Below are positions 49,866 to 62,229 of a stretch of DNA of 64,000 nt, one piece after another (position 1 is the stretch's first letter; every line of letters starts with the position of its first letter). The stretch comes from Rhina ancylostomus (Eukaryota). The notes under the pieces were generated by a model, which was not told the origin of the DNA, did not search any database, and saw only the letters and a program-made list of their open reading frames with translations. The stretch is taken from assembly GCA_030265395.1 (NCBI GenBank), contig JARFYF010000052.1, positions 114,726,505 to 114,790,504 of the forward strand, written 5' to 3'. The position numbers and the translations under genes are program-made.

Positions 49866-52800
49866 GATCATTTGTGTTTGCTGTTACTGTTTCTGATGCC
49901 GATAAAGGCCCGAATGCAGAACTCCAGTATTCCTTAACAGGAAGAAATGTGGAAAAATTCCAGATTGATCCACACCGTGGTGCTATTATGGCTGCTCAAA
50001 GGTTAATGGGAGGCACTGACATTACTGTTACTGTTAACGTTAAAGACAGTGGAATACATCCCATGTCAGATTCTACCACTGTGACAGTCAGATTTGGAAA
50101 TGAGGCTGATTTTCCACAATTCAAAGCAGGGCAACAAATTTTTGTATTTCCTGAAGACCAGAAGGTAAACACCTATATTACAACGGTATCAGCATCTTCC
50201 ACAAGGCAAGATGTAAGAGGGCCATTATCCTACTATATAGCCAGCGGTAATCTCGGCGCTGTCTTCCATATTGATCAGCTGACAGGAAAACTTGTTCTTA
50301 TGAAGTCTTTAGACTTTGAAGCCGTTCAAAACTATGTGCTATGGATCGAAGCCAGAGATATGGGGTTTCCTCCCTTTTCTTCCTATAAAAAATTGGATAT
50401 AACTGTAAAAGATGTCAATGACAATGCACCAGTTTTTAAGCAGGATCCCTTCACAGCTAATGTAATGGAGAATTCCTTCTCATACCAAATAATCACCATT
50501 GAAGCTGAAGACATAGACAGTGGGCCCAATGGTCAAATAGAATATACCATTGTGGATGGCAACAAAGGCAATAATTTCATCATTAACAGACAAACAGGGC
50601 AGATCAGAAACGCCGAACAATTGGACAGAGAAAGGATTGCTCAGTATACATTAACAGTACAAGCAACTGACAAAGGAGCATCGTCAAGGAGCTCTTTGTG
50701 TCATGTCATTATTAATGTCTTGGATGAAAATGACAATGCTCCAAGATTCTCACAGATATTCAGTGCTCAGGTGGCTGAAAATGCAGCTATTGGTTACACG
50801 GTGACCCGTGTTACCACATCAGATGAAGACACTGGAATAAATGCTGTCAGCCAGTACTCAATAACAGACGTGAATCTTCCCTTCTCCATAAATCCAAAGA
50901 CTGGAGATATCACAGTCAGAAGGCCTTTGAATCGGGAAGATACAGATCACTACACTGTCAGAGTATATGCCCATGATTCTGGGTGGACAGTGAATACTGA
51001 TATTACTGTTTTTGTGACAGATGTAAATGATAATGCTCCACGATTCTCTTATCCATCATACTACCTTGATTTCCCAGAGCTCACAGAGATTGGCTCCAGA
51101 GTTACTCAGGTAGTAGCTACAGATCCTGACAGTGGCCTCAATGGTCAGGTATTCTATTTCATTAAGTCGCAGTCAGAATTCTTCCGAATAAATTCCAGCA
51201 CAGGAGAAATCTGCACTAAACAATATGTAAAGTATCACAATTCTACCAGCTCCAACAACCTAAATATCAATAGGCACAGTTTCATTGTGATGGCCTCAGA
51301 CCGGGGTAGGATTCCCTTGGTGAGTGAAACCACAGTCATTATCAACATTGTGGACAGTAATGATAATGCTCCACAGTTTGAATCAGAAAAATACTTTACT
51401 CCTGTTACTAAAAATGTCAAGATTGGTACAAGGCTAATTAAAGTCACTGCAATAGATGACAAAGATTATCACATGAATTCAGAAATAGAGTATTACATTT
51501 CTGGTGGAAATGGTTCAAATCAGTTTGCACTGGACAAGAATAATGGCTGGGTCTCTGTTGCATCATCTCTGAGAGTCTATGTACATAAAATGTTCATTAT
51601 CATAATCACAGCAACAGATAAAGGTAATCCACCACTATCTGCTACGACTACAGTCCGCATTTTAGTAACTGAGGAGAATAACCACACCCCTCAGTTCTCT
51701 CAGAGTCATATCAGTATCACTGTTCCTGAGAGCCTCACTGTGGGGACAGTCATCAGAACAGTTTCGGCTAGAGATAAAGATGCTGATATGAATGGGTTAA
51801 TCAGGTACAACATTTCTAAAGGGAATGAGGCAAGATTGTTCTCTATTGTTAATTCAACTGGTGCATTATCTCTAGCTGGACAATTGGATTATGAGACCCA
51901 GCAAGTTCATGAACTGACCATTAGTGCTGAAGATGGCGGTTGGGTGAAAAGAACTGGCTTCCTCAGTATTACTATCCAAGTCACTGATTCAAATGATAAT
52001 GTGCCACTGTTCAGTCCCAGTGAGTATTTTCCAATTATATCAGAGAATGCTCCGAGTGGTACAATAGTAGTTCAATTAAATGCCACAGATGCAGATTCTG
52101 GAGGTAATGCTCTGATTGCCTACACAATTGAGACAACTGACAGTGATCTTTTTGCCATTGATCCAAATACTGGAGTCATCAGGACCCAAGGATTTTTGGA
52201 TTTTGAAGCTCAACAGAGTTACCACTTGTATGTGAAAGCCTTTAATGTTCCAGATGAGGATCGCCTCAGCTTCGCCAATGTTTATTTGCAGCTTAGTGGT
52301 GTGAATGAGTATGTCCCACGCTTTGTCTCCAGGCAGTATACTTTTGAGATTTCAGAAGCTGCTGCAGAAGGTACTGCTGTCGGGGAAGTATTTGCAAGTG
52401 ATCGTGACCTTGGAGATGATGGAGTGGTGAAATACATGCTCTTTGGTAAAAGCAGAAAGAAGGGATTCATGATTGATGAAAAGACTGGCCAAATTTATGT
52501 ATCAGGCCAACTGGATCGAGAAAAGGAAGAAAAAATATCTTTAAAAGTTCTGGCTAAGAATGCAGGAAGCATCCGTGGATTTGATATTGATGAAGTCTTT
52601 GTGAATATAACTGTGCTGGATGCCAATGATCCCCCCGTTTTCACAACTGAGGAATACTCTGTACAGATTAATGAGGAGGCTGCACCTGGAGCTCATGTTA
52701 TTTTTGTAAGTGCCTTTGACTCTGACTCTGTTCCCAGTTGGAGCAGATTCACTTATCACATTGGAACTGGAAATGAAAAAGGCGCCTTTTCCATTAACTC

Positions 52801-54331
52801 ACAGACTGGCCAGATTTCAGTGGCAGCAGAGCTGGATCGTGAGTCCATTCCTGTATACAACCTCTCTGTGTTGGCTATTGACTCAGGAGTGCCTTCAGCC
52901 ACAGGTAGCACCTACTTGGTCATCAACCTGGAGGATATAAATGACAATGGGCCTACCTTAACGTCTACAAGTGGAGAAGTTGTAGAAAACCAACATGCAG
53001 GGGCTGTAGTCATGACACTTAATGCCACTGATCCAGACCTTCCACCAAACCAAGGTCCTTTCACCTACCATTTGCTCAGCACAAGCTCTGCTACAAACTA
53101 CTTCACCCTTAGCTCTGAAGGAATCCTTACCACAACTAGAGAAATTGACAGAGAGCAGATCAGTGATTTCTACTTGTCAGTAGTCACCCGTGATTCTGGT
53201 ACTCCACAGATGTCTTCCACTGGAACTGTGCATGTCACAGTGCATGATCAGAACGACAATCCATCTCATCCCAGAACCGTGGAGGTATATGTCCACTATT
53301 TTGGAAACCTATTTCCTGGAGGGATTTTGGCCAGTGTTAAACCCCAGGATCCGGATGTATTGGATAATTTCCGCTGTACTCTGACTACAGGGGCTACAAC
53401 TCTTTTCAGCATTCCAGCAGGCACGTGCAATCTGAATTGCCAGCCAAGGTCAACAGATGGAACCTTCGATCTGATTGTCCGTAGCAGTGATGGTTTGCAC
53501 AGTGCTGTAACCAACAATGTCCATGTTTTTTTCATGGGATTCAATAACCTGACCATAGACAACAGTGTTCTTCTTCGCCTGAATATTGTCACCGTGAAAG
53601 ATTTTCTTACCAATCACTATCTGNNNNNNNNNNNNNNNNNNNNNNNNNNNNNNNNNNNNNNNNNNNNNNNNNNNNNNNNNNNNNNNNNNNNNNNNNNNNN
53701 NNNNNNNNNNNNNNNNNNNNNNNCTATCTGCACTTCCTGCGCATTGCTAACTCTCAGCTGACTGGGATGGGGACCACAGTTCAGATCTACGGCATTTATG
53801 AGCAGGATGACAAAACATATGTAATGGCAGCTGTGAAAAGATTTAGTAATCAATATATAAGCCCCAGTGGGGTAGCCACTTTTTTTGAGAGCATCAAAGA
53901 AATCTTATACAGGCAGAGTGGTGTACGAATAGACTCAGTGGACCATGACCCTTGCTCGAATGATCCATGTCAGAATGGTGGAAGCTGCCTGAAAAGGCTT
54001 GCTGTTAGTCCGACTGTGCAAAGTGAGGAAAGTATCCCAGTGGTTATTGTGGCTAACGTGGTTCTACAACCATTCGTCTGTCGATGCTTGCCAGGATACT
54101 TTGGAGAGGTCTGCGAAACTGACATAGACGAATGCCTCCCATCTCCTTGCCACAATGGTGGAATCTGCCACAATCTAGTTGGTAGATTTTCATGCACCTG
54201 CCCTGAAGGGTTTATGGGCACTGCTTGTGAGCGGGATGTCAATGAATGTCAATCAAATCCCTGCAAGAGTGGTGGAAGTTGCCACAATTTTCCAGGAGGT
54301 TTCAGCTGTGCTTGTAAAGCTGGATATACAG
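49866..54331 (+). CDS. FAT4: FAT4 giant coding exon: about 11 distal cadherin repeats, a linker and three EGF-like domains; interrupted by a spurious 100-N gap
   Basis: Acceptor ccattctgcAG (49864-49865) and donor ACAG|GTatat (54332). ORFs 49874-53761 and 53767-54384 show repeated LDRE/LDFE, DxD and DxNDN motifs, then EGF cysteine patterns (CQNGGSC, DIDECLPSPC, DVNEC). Removing the gap plus the duplicated 7-mer (107 bp) gives 4359 bp, or 1453 codons, phase 1 to phase 1. Confidence 0.97.
53624..53723. other. Spurious 100-N assembly gap inside the FAT4 exon
   Basis: ctatctg is present on both sides (53617-53623 and 53724-53730). Confidence 0.95.
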
Positions 54332-54639
54332 GTATATATCATAGGAATATTATGTTTATAATTTATTCAGATCTAAAATATTAGAAAGTAATGCTTTGGT
54401 CACCATTGTATGATGATAAATTGCTGACAAAGCACATGGAATCGGACACTTACATGGTTAATTTATCTGTGGCAAGCCATCAAGGGAATGTTTCTCCCTT
54501 GGTAATTAAGGAAAATCAGGGAGAGTGCTGATATTAGCTACCCTTTGGGTGGTCCCTGAGCAACAACGGCAGAGCAACAGTGCGGGTCTGTGGCAGGTGG
54601 GAAGCTTTGTGCCAGGTAGGATGTCTCCTTCAGACAACT

Positions 54640-54960
54640 AAAGGGATATGGGAATTGGTCCATGTTTTCCAGGGTCTTGCTGGGGATTGATGTTGTTCAG
54701 CAGGCGCAGGTTTGTAGAGTCCCCTTGTTTTCTAGAAGTTAAATGCAAGGAACATTCTCTCATTTGCTTCAGTGAAGGAATATTCAGTGCTCTTGGAACT
54801 CTGAGTATCTGTAAATGCTATCTGTGTATGCAGCTTGATGACTGAAGTTGGAGTGACTTTGGTTCTGGAGTGGAGGCAGCGTAGGCCCCCATTTGTCCTC
54901 TAGGTTAGCTCTACTCCAGCAGGAAGCTTATTGAAGGTGAGATTCAGCATTGCATCAAGA
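54640..54960 (-). mobile_element. Decayed RTE-like RT fragment
   Basis: Reverse complement cctccactccagaaccaaagtcactccaacttcagtcatcaagctgcatacacagat parallels the plus-strand RTE at 27630-27690. Confidence 0.55.
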
Positions 54961-55259
54961 AAAATTGAGACAAGTTTTAGAATAATTCTGAGATTGGTTC
55001 TGTTGTGGACCCGTTGCTTAAGAACATGGTTTGCATGTTATCATGTAGCAAGCATAACGTGGAGTTGAATTTCTGCAGTCACCCNNNNNNNNNNNNNNNN
55101 NNNNNNNNNNNNNNNNNNNNNNNNNNNNNNNNNNNNNNNNNNNNNNNNNNNNNNNNNNNNNNNNNNNNNNNNNNNNNNNNNNNNTGGAGTTGAATTTCTG
55201 CAGTCACCCAGAGTTAACAAGGATATTCCTCAGTCCCTCTCAATCAGATGCTTTGGCAT

Positions 55260-55660
55260 TGACATCACTGTTCTGAGTGTGATATGACAGGCAGGAATGG
55301 CTAGTTTAAAGAACAAAGAAGTGGGTGCACCTTGTTGGATGGGCAAACCAAAGAGGAACACCCTCTACAAGGAGTGGGCTTTGCCATCTAGAATAAGCTA
55401 TTGACATCTCAGTGACCCCAATCCTCCATAGGACAAGTGAACACTCTAATGTGCAATCAGCATACTGTGTTCATAAGTTCATACACACCAACCTTGGAAG
55501 CTCTGGATGCAGCCAAGGATGACGGAACAAAGCCAAGACTATATCCAAGAGGAAGACAAACTAATCCTCCTGGGCAACTTCAATGCCAAGGTCAGAAAAA
55601 TTCAATCCTTTGGAATGGCATGAGTGGCAAGGAGGAAGTCAGGAAAGCTAACTGACAGGG
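55260..55660 (+). mobile_element. RTE-clade LINE endonuclease fragment
   Basis: GVGFAI, ISSYTPTL and LILLGNFNAKV (ctaatcctcctgggcaacttcaatgccaaggtc) are APE-endonuclease motifs. Confidence 0.75.
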
Positions 55661-56674
55661 TCACACTGTCTTGCCTTCAGCAATGAATAGAAACCAAAAT
55701 CCTTTCATCCTTTGACCAACAAATGTACCTCTTATTATGATGGATTATATTTTGCCAGCTGCATTGTGCCTCATTTTAGTTAATCTGTTCTACATTCTTG
55801 GGCCAAGAATAGTCAAAAGAGTTTAGTTCAGTCCTATGTCATTTTAAGCTTTAAACACTTAAGCTCCAGAGTCAAGTTTGTTAATGATGATTTAGGACAT
55901 TTTGTCCTCTGTTCTAAAGAAGGTACAATTGCTTCAAAGTAAATAGATTTTTTTAAAATATGGTAGGTCATTATTTTTCTGCCTGTCCTTTCCTTGAACC
56001 ATTCCTTTCCTGTTACATGTGCTTTATTACGTTAAAAGGACTACACTTTCATTAAATTATTTTTATTCNNNNNNNNNNNNNNNNNNNNNNNNNNNNNNNN
56101 NNNNNNNNNNNNNNNNNNNNNNNNNNNNNNNNNNNNNNNNNNNNNNNNNNNNNNNNNNNNNNNNNNNNCTTTATTACGTTAAAAGGACTACACTTTCATT
56201 AAATTATTTTTATTCAAATCAAGAAATTAATTACATATTTGAATAACTGAACAGTAGCAAAGGGATGCAGATCTAGAATTTACTGTCAAAGCAATAACAA
56301 GACTAAATATTCACAATTACCCAAGTGCAAATCACATAGCAACACATGATTAAATAGAAAATTCTGGAACGTTTTGTCCTTTGTGAAAATCATTGTCATG
56401 CTTTCTGACTCACCATTGAAACACTTTGAATTTCATAAGGTCCCTGTATGTGCTTGATAATTACAAATTAGACTTGCCACAGAAAGAATAGGTGTGCCTA
56501 TACAATCCTTTCTAACAGCATGAGATCTGCTAATTACCACCAAATAACCTATCATTGCCTGGATTTTCATTCTATCAGCTTTTAATTATTGTTGGAGATT
56601 TAACAATAGTAGAGAAATTTTCAGTGCAAAAGAAGACAAAAAGCTCAATGTATAAATATTGATCAAAAATGCTA

Positions 56675-57260
56675 CCTGATTTAATCCCACTTTCCACCTC
56701 TTGGTCCACGGCCTTGTTGACGACCACAATTCAAGTGCTCATCAAGCAGTTGTTAAATAGGATGAGTGTTTCTGCCTCTGAAAACTGAAGGACAATGAGT
56801 TCCAAATGCCCATTGCCCTCTGAGTAGAAAAACATCCTCTCCTAATCCTTTAAGTAATTGCTTTATATCTATACCCTGGTTTTTGACCTCTGAAAGTATT
56901 CCAATCCACTCCGTCGCAACTTCTTATAATTTTAATCCAAATTAATTAATTCTTCTCTCGGTTTCCACTGATCCAAGGAAAATAATTCCTGTCTGTTATT
57001 TTTTTCCACATATTAAAATTCTACAGCTCTGCAACATTCTCAAAAATCTCTCGACTGCAGTCACATGCTTCCTGTAACACAGTGACTGGGATTGTTTGCA
57101 TTACTTTATGACTTAACTAGTCTTTTGCATCTTTGTAGAATAACGGTCTTATTATCTGTGCCTCAGCCAATAAATGAAAGCATTCTATATGCCTTATTCA
57201 CATCTTGTCTAACTGTCCCTCAGCCTTTAGTGATCTAAAGGTATGTACTCCCTGTGTTTT
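56675..57260 (-). mobile_element. Old CR1-like 3' fragment
   Basis: Parallels the minus-strand CR1 end at 8000-8700 (gagttccaaatgcccattgccctctgagtagaaaa; cttataattttaa). Confidence 0.55.
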
Positions 57261-58384
57261 TCTCTACATCTGTCTTTAAAAATATAGTCTTTCAATAATT
57301 CCTTTCTGTCTTCTTTTCCCTCTAATCTAGTCTTTATTTTCCTCTTTTTATTTCATTTTCTGTGCCAGATTCCAGCTTAATCCTTCTGGTTTAGACTCTG
57401 CACTATCCATTTCCTATTACTGGTTGGTTAAGGAGGAGACACACACTTGTTTGTCCTGCCCATAGTGGTCATGTAGAAAGAACCACACCATTGTCATCAC
57501 CCACTTAAAGTAACTTGTAGGACAAAGTCCCATAGAAGTTAAGCAGGCAACAGCAAGTCTCTGGCATTATTCTTTATCTACAGTAAATTCTGTCCTAATT
57601 TAGTTTACCTATTTTCTGCCTTTTTAAAAAAAATTACTACTTTAATTTTGCAGCCATCATTGCAGCTAATTAGGCTATATGTTGACATCAGTTTTCATTT
57701 CTAAAGATGTTATCGAATATTTATTAAGTATGGCTTGACACGGGCATACATTTTGATGATTGTACATTCTTAATATTCATACTTTATTTTTGACTAGAAG
57801 TCATGAATACATTGGAAGGGATTGCACAAACAACACATGGTTTTCCAAGAACAACTATCTATAACATAGCATCCATGTACTTCAATCATTCCAATTGTAC
57901 ACTCGTTGTTATATAATCTGCATCTTAATACTTAGGTTTAAACTAAACTTTTTTTAGTAAACTAAAACTAAGAATTGCTTGAAATACAGATTTAAGATTC
58001 TAATCAAAATATGTGCTGTTTTATTAACTTCATTAACCTCCAATTGAACCCTTGCGGCTTGACCTTCAAGGTGAGCAACTGTCCCTAATGTTTGAGATAA
58101 GTGACACTGTGAAGAAAGTACTTCCTATGTTAGAACTCTCTAAAAGGTTGAAAATCTGGGCTCCAGTGATTGACTGCCATCTCACTCTGGCATTATTCTT
58201 GGGTGCCACCTTCCCCCTTCCCCATGTGAGAATGAGCAGATTCCCCATTGTATTTATTCACCCAAGTCTTTAGCAGTTACTCTATCACCTTATCTTCCTC
58301 GTGACAGAACCCCAACCCCCAACTTATTCTTGGTGACCATCCTGGCCCAGACTGCTGCAGACTAGTTTTATAATATTTTTGAGA

Positions 58385-59220
58385 TGGACTTTTCAAAGAC
58401 TTAACCAAGAGGATAGATGAAGGTAGGGCAATGGACATTGTCTATATGGACTTTAGCAAGGCCTTTGACAGGGTCCTGCATGGCAGGCTAGTCTGGAAGG
58501 TTAGATCACATGGGATCCAGGGAGAGACAGCTAACTGGATTCATAATTGGCGTGATAGTAGGAAATAGAGAATGATGGTCTAAGGTTGTGTTTCAGACTG
58601 GAGGCCTGTGACTCAATGTGTGCCACAGGAGTCAGTGCAGGAACCTTTGTTGTTTGTTACTTATATTAACGATTTGCATGTGAATGTGCAAGGCATGGCT
58701 AGTTAGTTTGCAGATGATACAAAAATAGGTGGTATTGTAAAAATTGAAGCAGGTTATCAAAAAATTACAGGGGGATCTTGAGAAGTGCAGAGATTTACGA
58801 GAATGTTACCAGGACTTTAGGGCCTGAGTTATAGGGAGAGGTTGGGCAGGCTCAGACTTTAGTCCTTGGAATGTAGGAGATTAAGGAGTGACCTTACAAA
58901 GGTATATAATATCATGAGAGGTATAGGTAGGGTGAATGCACAGGGAAGGGGAGCTAAAAACTAGGGCATAGATAGGTTTAAGGTGAGAGGTGAAAGATTT
59001 AGAAGGGACCTGAGGGGCAACTTCACACAGAGGGTAGTGCGTATATGGAATGAGCTGCCTGAGAAAGTAGTTGAGACAGGTACAATAACAACATTTAAAA
59101 GACATTTGGATAAATGCATGGATAGGAGAGGTTTAGAGGGATATGGGCCAAATGCAGGCAAATGGGACGAGCTTGGTAGGCACCATGGTCAGCATGGACG
59201 AATAGGGCCAAAGGGCATTT
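58385..59220 (+). mobile_element. CR1/HER1 LINE fragment (RT core and 3' end, internally deleted)
   Basis: IDEGRAMDIVYMDFSKAFDRV, VPQESVQEPLLFVTYINDL and FADD, then RGERFRRDLRGNFTQRVVRIWNELPEKVVE. Confidence 0.9.
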
Positions 59221-59948
59221 TTGAAAGTGCAGATGTCCTGATGACATCAAAGTCCATCGTAATAGATTGACAATTTTTGATAATCAGTCGTAACTATATT
59301 TTCTGATATACGGCATAATTTGTATCCCCAATGAACTTTAAAAAGTATTATGAAATATTTATCAATTTATAATTTAAAAGCATGCAAACGTGACTGACTA
59401 AATCTATGGGAAGCACATGATATCTGGTCAAGGCAAACAAAATGAATAATGGCTTTCCCATTCAAATAAGTAACGCAGCTAACAAAGTCTACCAAAATCA
59501 AGATCATCACACATCCTTTAACATACAAAACAACAACATGCAGAACAGCATTTATTTCTTCAAATTGGCTTTAGCCTTTAGTTTTATTCCAGTCCAGTTG
59601 GATAATAAATCTTATTGCTGGATTTCTGAATTAAACAATAGATCATCGAGAATATTTTAGAAATACCTCAGCAAAAATTGTTCTAAAAAGTAAAGATTTA
59701 TTTCCTGTTGCATTATCCAGTTGCATTGTGCATCTGAGTCTTGCTGAAGTGAGGGAGCACAGACTCTGAAGAATGCTCTAAAACCACCCTGATAAATTAC
59801 CTCTTCTAGATTGGACTGTTGAACTATATCAGTGCATTGGAAAGCCACAATTCCCAGAAGGCATATTAATGTTATCTTATCATTCTAATAAAGTATTGGA
59901 TAATATGTCTGGATTTATTCAAAATATCATTGATTTTATTTACTGCAG

Positions 59949-60053
59949 GCAGAACATGTGATTCTACCATTAACTACTGTGAGTGCAATCCCTGTTTCAA
60001 TGGAGCAACCTGCCAGAATCAAGCTGATGGTTATTACTGCCACTGCCCATTTG
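59949..60053 (+). CDS. FAT4: FAT4 coding exon (105 bp, phase 1 to phase 1), EGF-like domain; absent from the ORF track
   Basis: Acceptor ttttatttactgcAG (59947-59948) and donor G|GTaaga (60054). Translates GRTCDSTINYCECNPCFNGATCQNQADGYYCHCPFG, continuing CKAGYT from the giant exon. Confidence 0.94.
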
Positions 60054-60546
60054 GTAAGAAATAGCAATATGAGCATACATCTGCATAGACACATATGCAC
60101 AGTCCAAGTATGTTTATAGATTTCTTATGCTGTGCATGTTTATTTTACCTGAACCAGGCAATAAAAGGAGTGCAAGAAATAACTTTTCCTCCTTTTTGCT
60201 TTCCTTAGGTTGTGAAAAAGATAATTGATAATGTTTTGCATTGATAGAATTGCAATTAAATTCCTTTAATATAGTGCTTTGACATTTGTTTCATTGCAAC
60301 CAGCAATTCAGAGTGACTTGTACATACTTCAGAGTATGTGCCTGAACTGCTGTTTTATAAGTTTTTTATAACTCTTATCTTCACTGTTATTAGTTGTGTG
60401 TCATTCATAAAATTACTATAATGTTTAATTTGCAGCATGCACTACATCAATTGAACTAATGTCAGGACAATTTACTAGATTTTGCAACAATACCACATTT
60501 GAAAAGAGCTTCTTTGGCTACAAGGGACTTCCACTTGTCTTGATGT

Positions 60547-61379
60547 TGTGAAATGGTTGGATGAGTGAAATTAAATGTTTGTTTCCTTTCTTTGTTTCTT
60601 CCTGTACATGAAGGTGATGCAGTTAATAAAATCATGACGAACATGGTTACTTTCAGATTTATCAGTCCAATTCTCATTACCACTGCCTGATTATTTTGAC
60701 ATTTTACATTTTCATTAATTTTCAGCCAAACTGAAGTCATATCTGAACTGTAACCAGAGAGAAAATTAATTATAGATGACATAGTGAAGATGTCTGTCCT
60801 GTCCCATATGGAAACTGTTTTAAGTTTGTTTCTACAGAATGGGAATGCCTCCTTCCTCTAACTCATTTTTTAAAATTTTCTCCTTCCCTTCCCATGCTAT
60901 TATTTTTCAGCTTTCTCTCAGAAGTACCCTTCTCTCCTCCTCTGTCCATCCCCGTCGAGGTTTGCATTTATCTTTCTTCACTACTTTACATTAGTATCCC
61001 TTTATCCACTCTCAAATGCCTCTTCCAAATAACATTGGCATCTTCTCCCCAATTCACTATTTTTCCCCTTCACTCCCAACTCCAAGTCAAAGTGCTGGAA
61101 GACAGTAAACCATTTACAGAGTCAGTTAATATTGAATCGACCTGTGAAATGGACGGATAATAAATTTTTTCTCCCTTTCATTTCCTGTTCTTGATGATGA
61201 TGCAATTATTGAAGTCAGGTTGAAGATAGTTGCTTTCACATCAATCAGCACAATTCTCATCATCCATACCTGATTATTTTTATATTTTACATTTTCATTC
61301 ATTTGCAGCTGAACTGAAGTCGTAGCTGGACTGTAACCAGAGAGAAAATTAATTGTAGATGACTAGTGCAAATCTCTGT
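60547..61379. repeat. Two diverged direct repeats of about 240-250 bp
   Basis: 60547-60797 and 61143-61379 share tgtgaaatgg, caattctcat, cctgattatttt, attttacattttcatt, aactgaagtc and actgtaaccagagagaaaattaatt. Confidence 0.85.
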
Positions 61380-62229
61380 TTATAAAATTTACTTATAATA
61401 TAACAACTTTTATAATATATATGTGTAAGAGAAAAGATTGTTACATGCTAAAAGTGTGAGAACATTCTTGGTGTTACAAAATTATCATAAAAGTTTAATG
61501 AAGTTTATTTTATGATCCGATGCATGTAAGTTAGATTACTGCTCTTCCATATCATATCTGGTTGGCAAATATACAGTATATCAGTCAGTGAACACAAACA
61601 TTGGTTCACTAAGGACAGCAGCAAAAGCTTAAAGTTATTAGTTACACAGTTAAAGTAGATCCAGACCATAAGTAACAAAGCCAAATTGACTCATGGATAA
61701 CCATAGTGAATGACGTAAAATGTGAATGTCTGTTCACAGAGAGNNNNNNNNNNNNNNNNNNNNNNNNNNNNNNNNNNNNNNNNNNNNNNNNNNNNNNNNN
61801 NNNNNNNNNNNNNNNNNNNNNNNNNNNNNNNNNNNNNNNNNNNAGAGAGACAAACAAATGCAGTCCACAAAGTGAAGTAAGTACAATGTCAGCTGAGTGA
61901 TCCATCATGCACAGTTTAAGGAGCTGGGCATCATACTAATTGGCATGCTAATATAGATACAGGAAACCATGATTCTATGTTTAGTTTTGAAGATCTCATT
62001 AAAGAAAAATAGCCCTTTCTTCAATACAAGTGGTGGATTTCCCATAATTCAACATCTGGAGTGTCCAGTTTTCTTCTTCTTGGGTTCAAGGATAACTGAC
62101 TTTTCTGCTGGGTTTGTGGATTCTGAGGTGGCTAATAAAGTCAATAGGCTCTTGCACAGATGAAGCAGATGGGTTGTGTGTTGGTCTACTCTTTCCACCT
62201 CATACATAGAGCCTCTGTGTACTCACAAT

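Noticed and set aside
51235-54242. Antisense and alternative-frame ORFs within the giant exon
   Set aside because: They are short shadow ORFs with no recognisable motifs.
49874-54384. Two separate genes, or a FAT4 pseudogene (ORFs of 1295 aa and 205 aa)
   Set aside because: Both ORFs belong to one exon; the break comes from the gap with a 7-bp overlap, and the listed start codons are internal.
56022-56215. 47-bp direct repeat as a biological repeat or CRISPR-like unit
   Set aside because: The copies directly flank a 100-N gap and represent contig overlap. No repeat-spacer array exists anywhere in the window.
59949-59952. Second acceptor (CAGGCAG) 4 nt downstream of the EGF exon acceptor
   Set aside because: Its use would shift the frame, and there is no evidence that it is used.
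61194-61273. Box C/D snoRNA (ATGATGA...CTGA) in the second direct-repeat copy
   Set aside because: There is no convincing terminal stem, the C box is not preserved in the first copy, and no rRNA guide was recognised.
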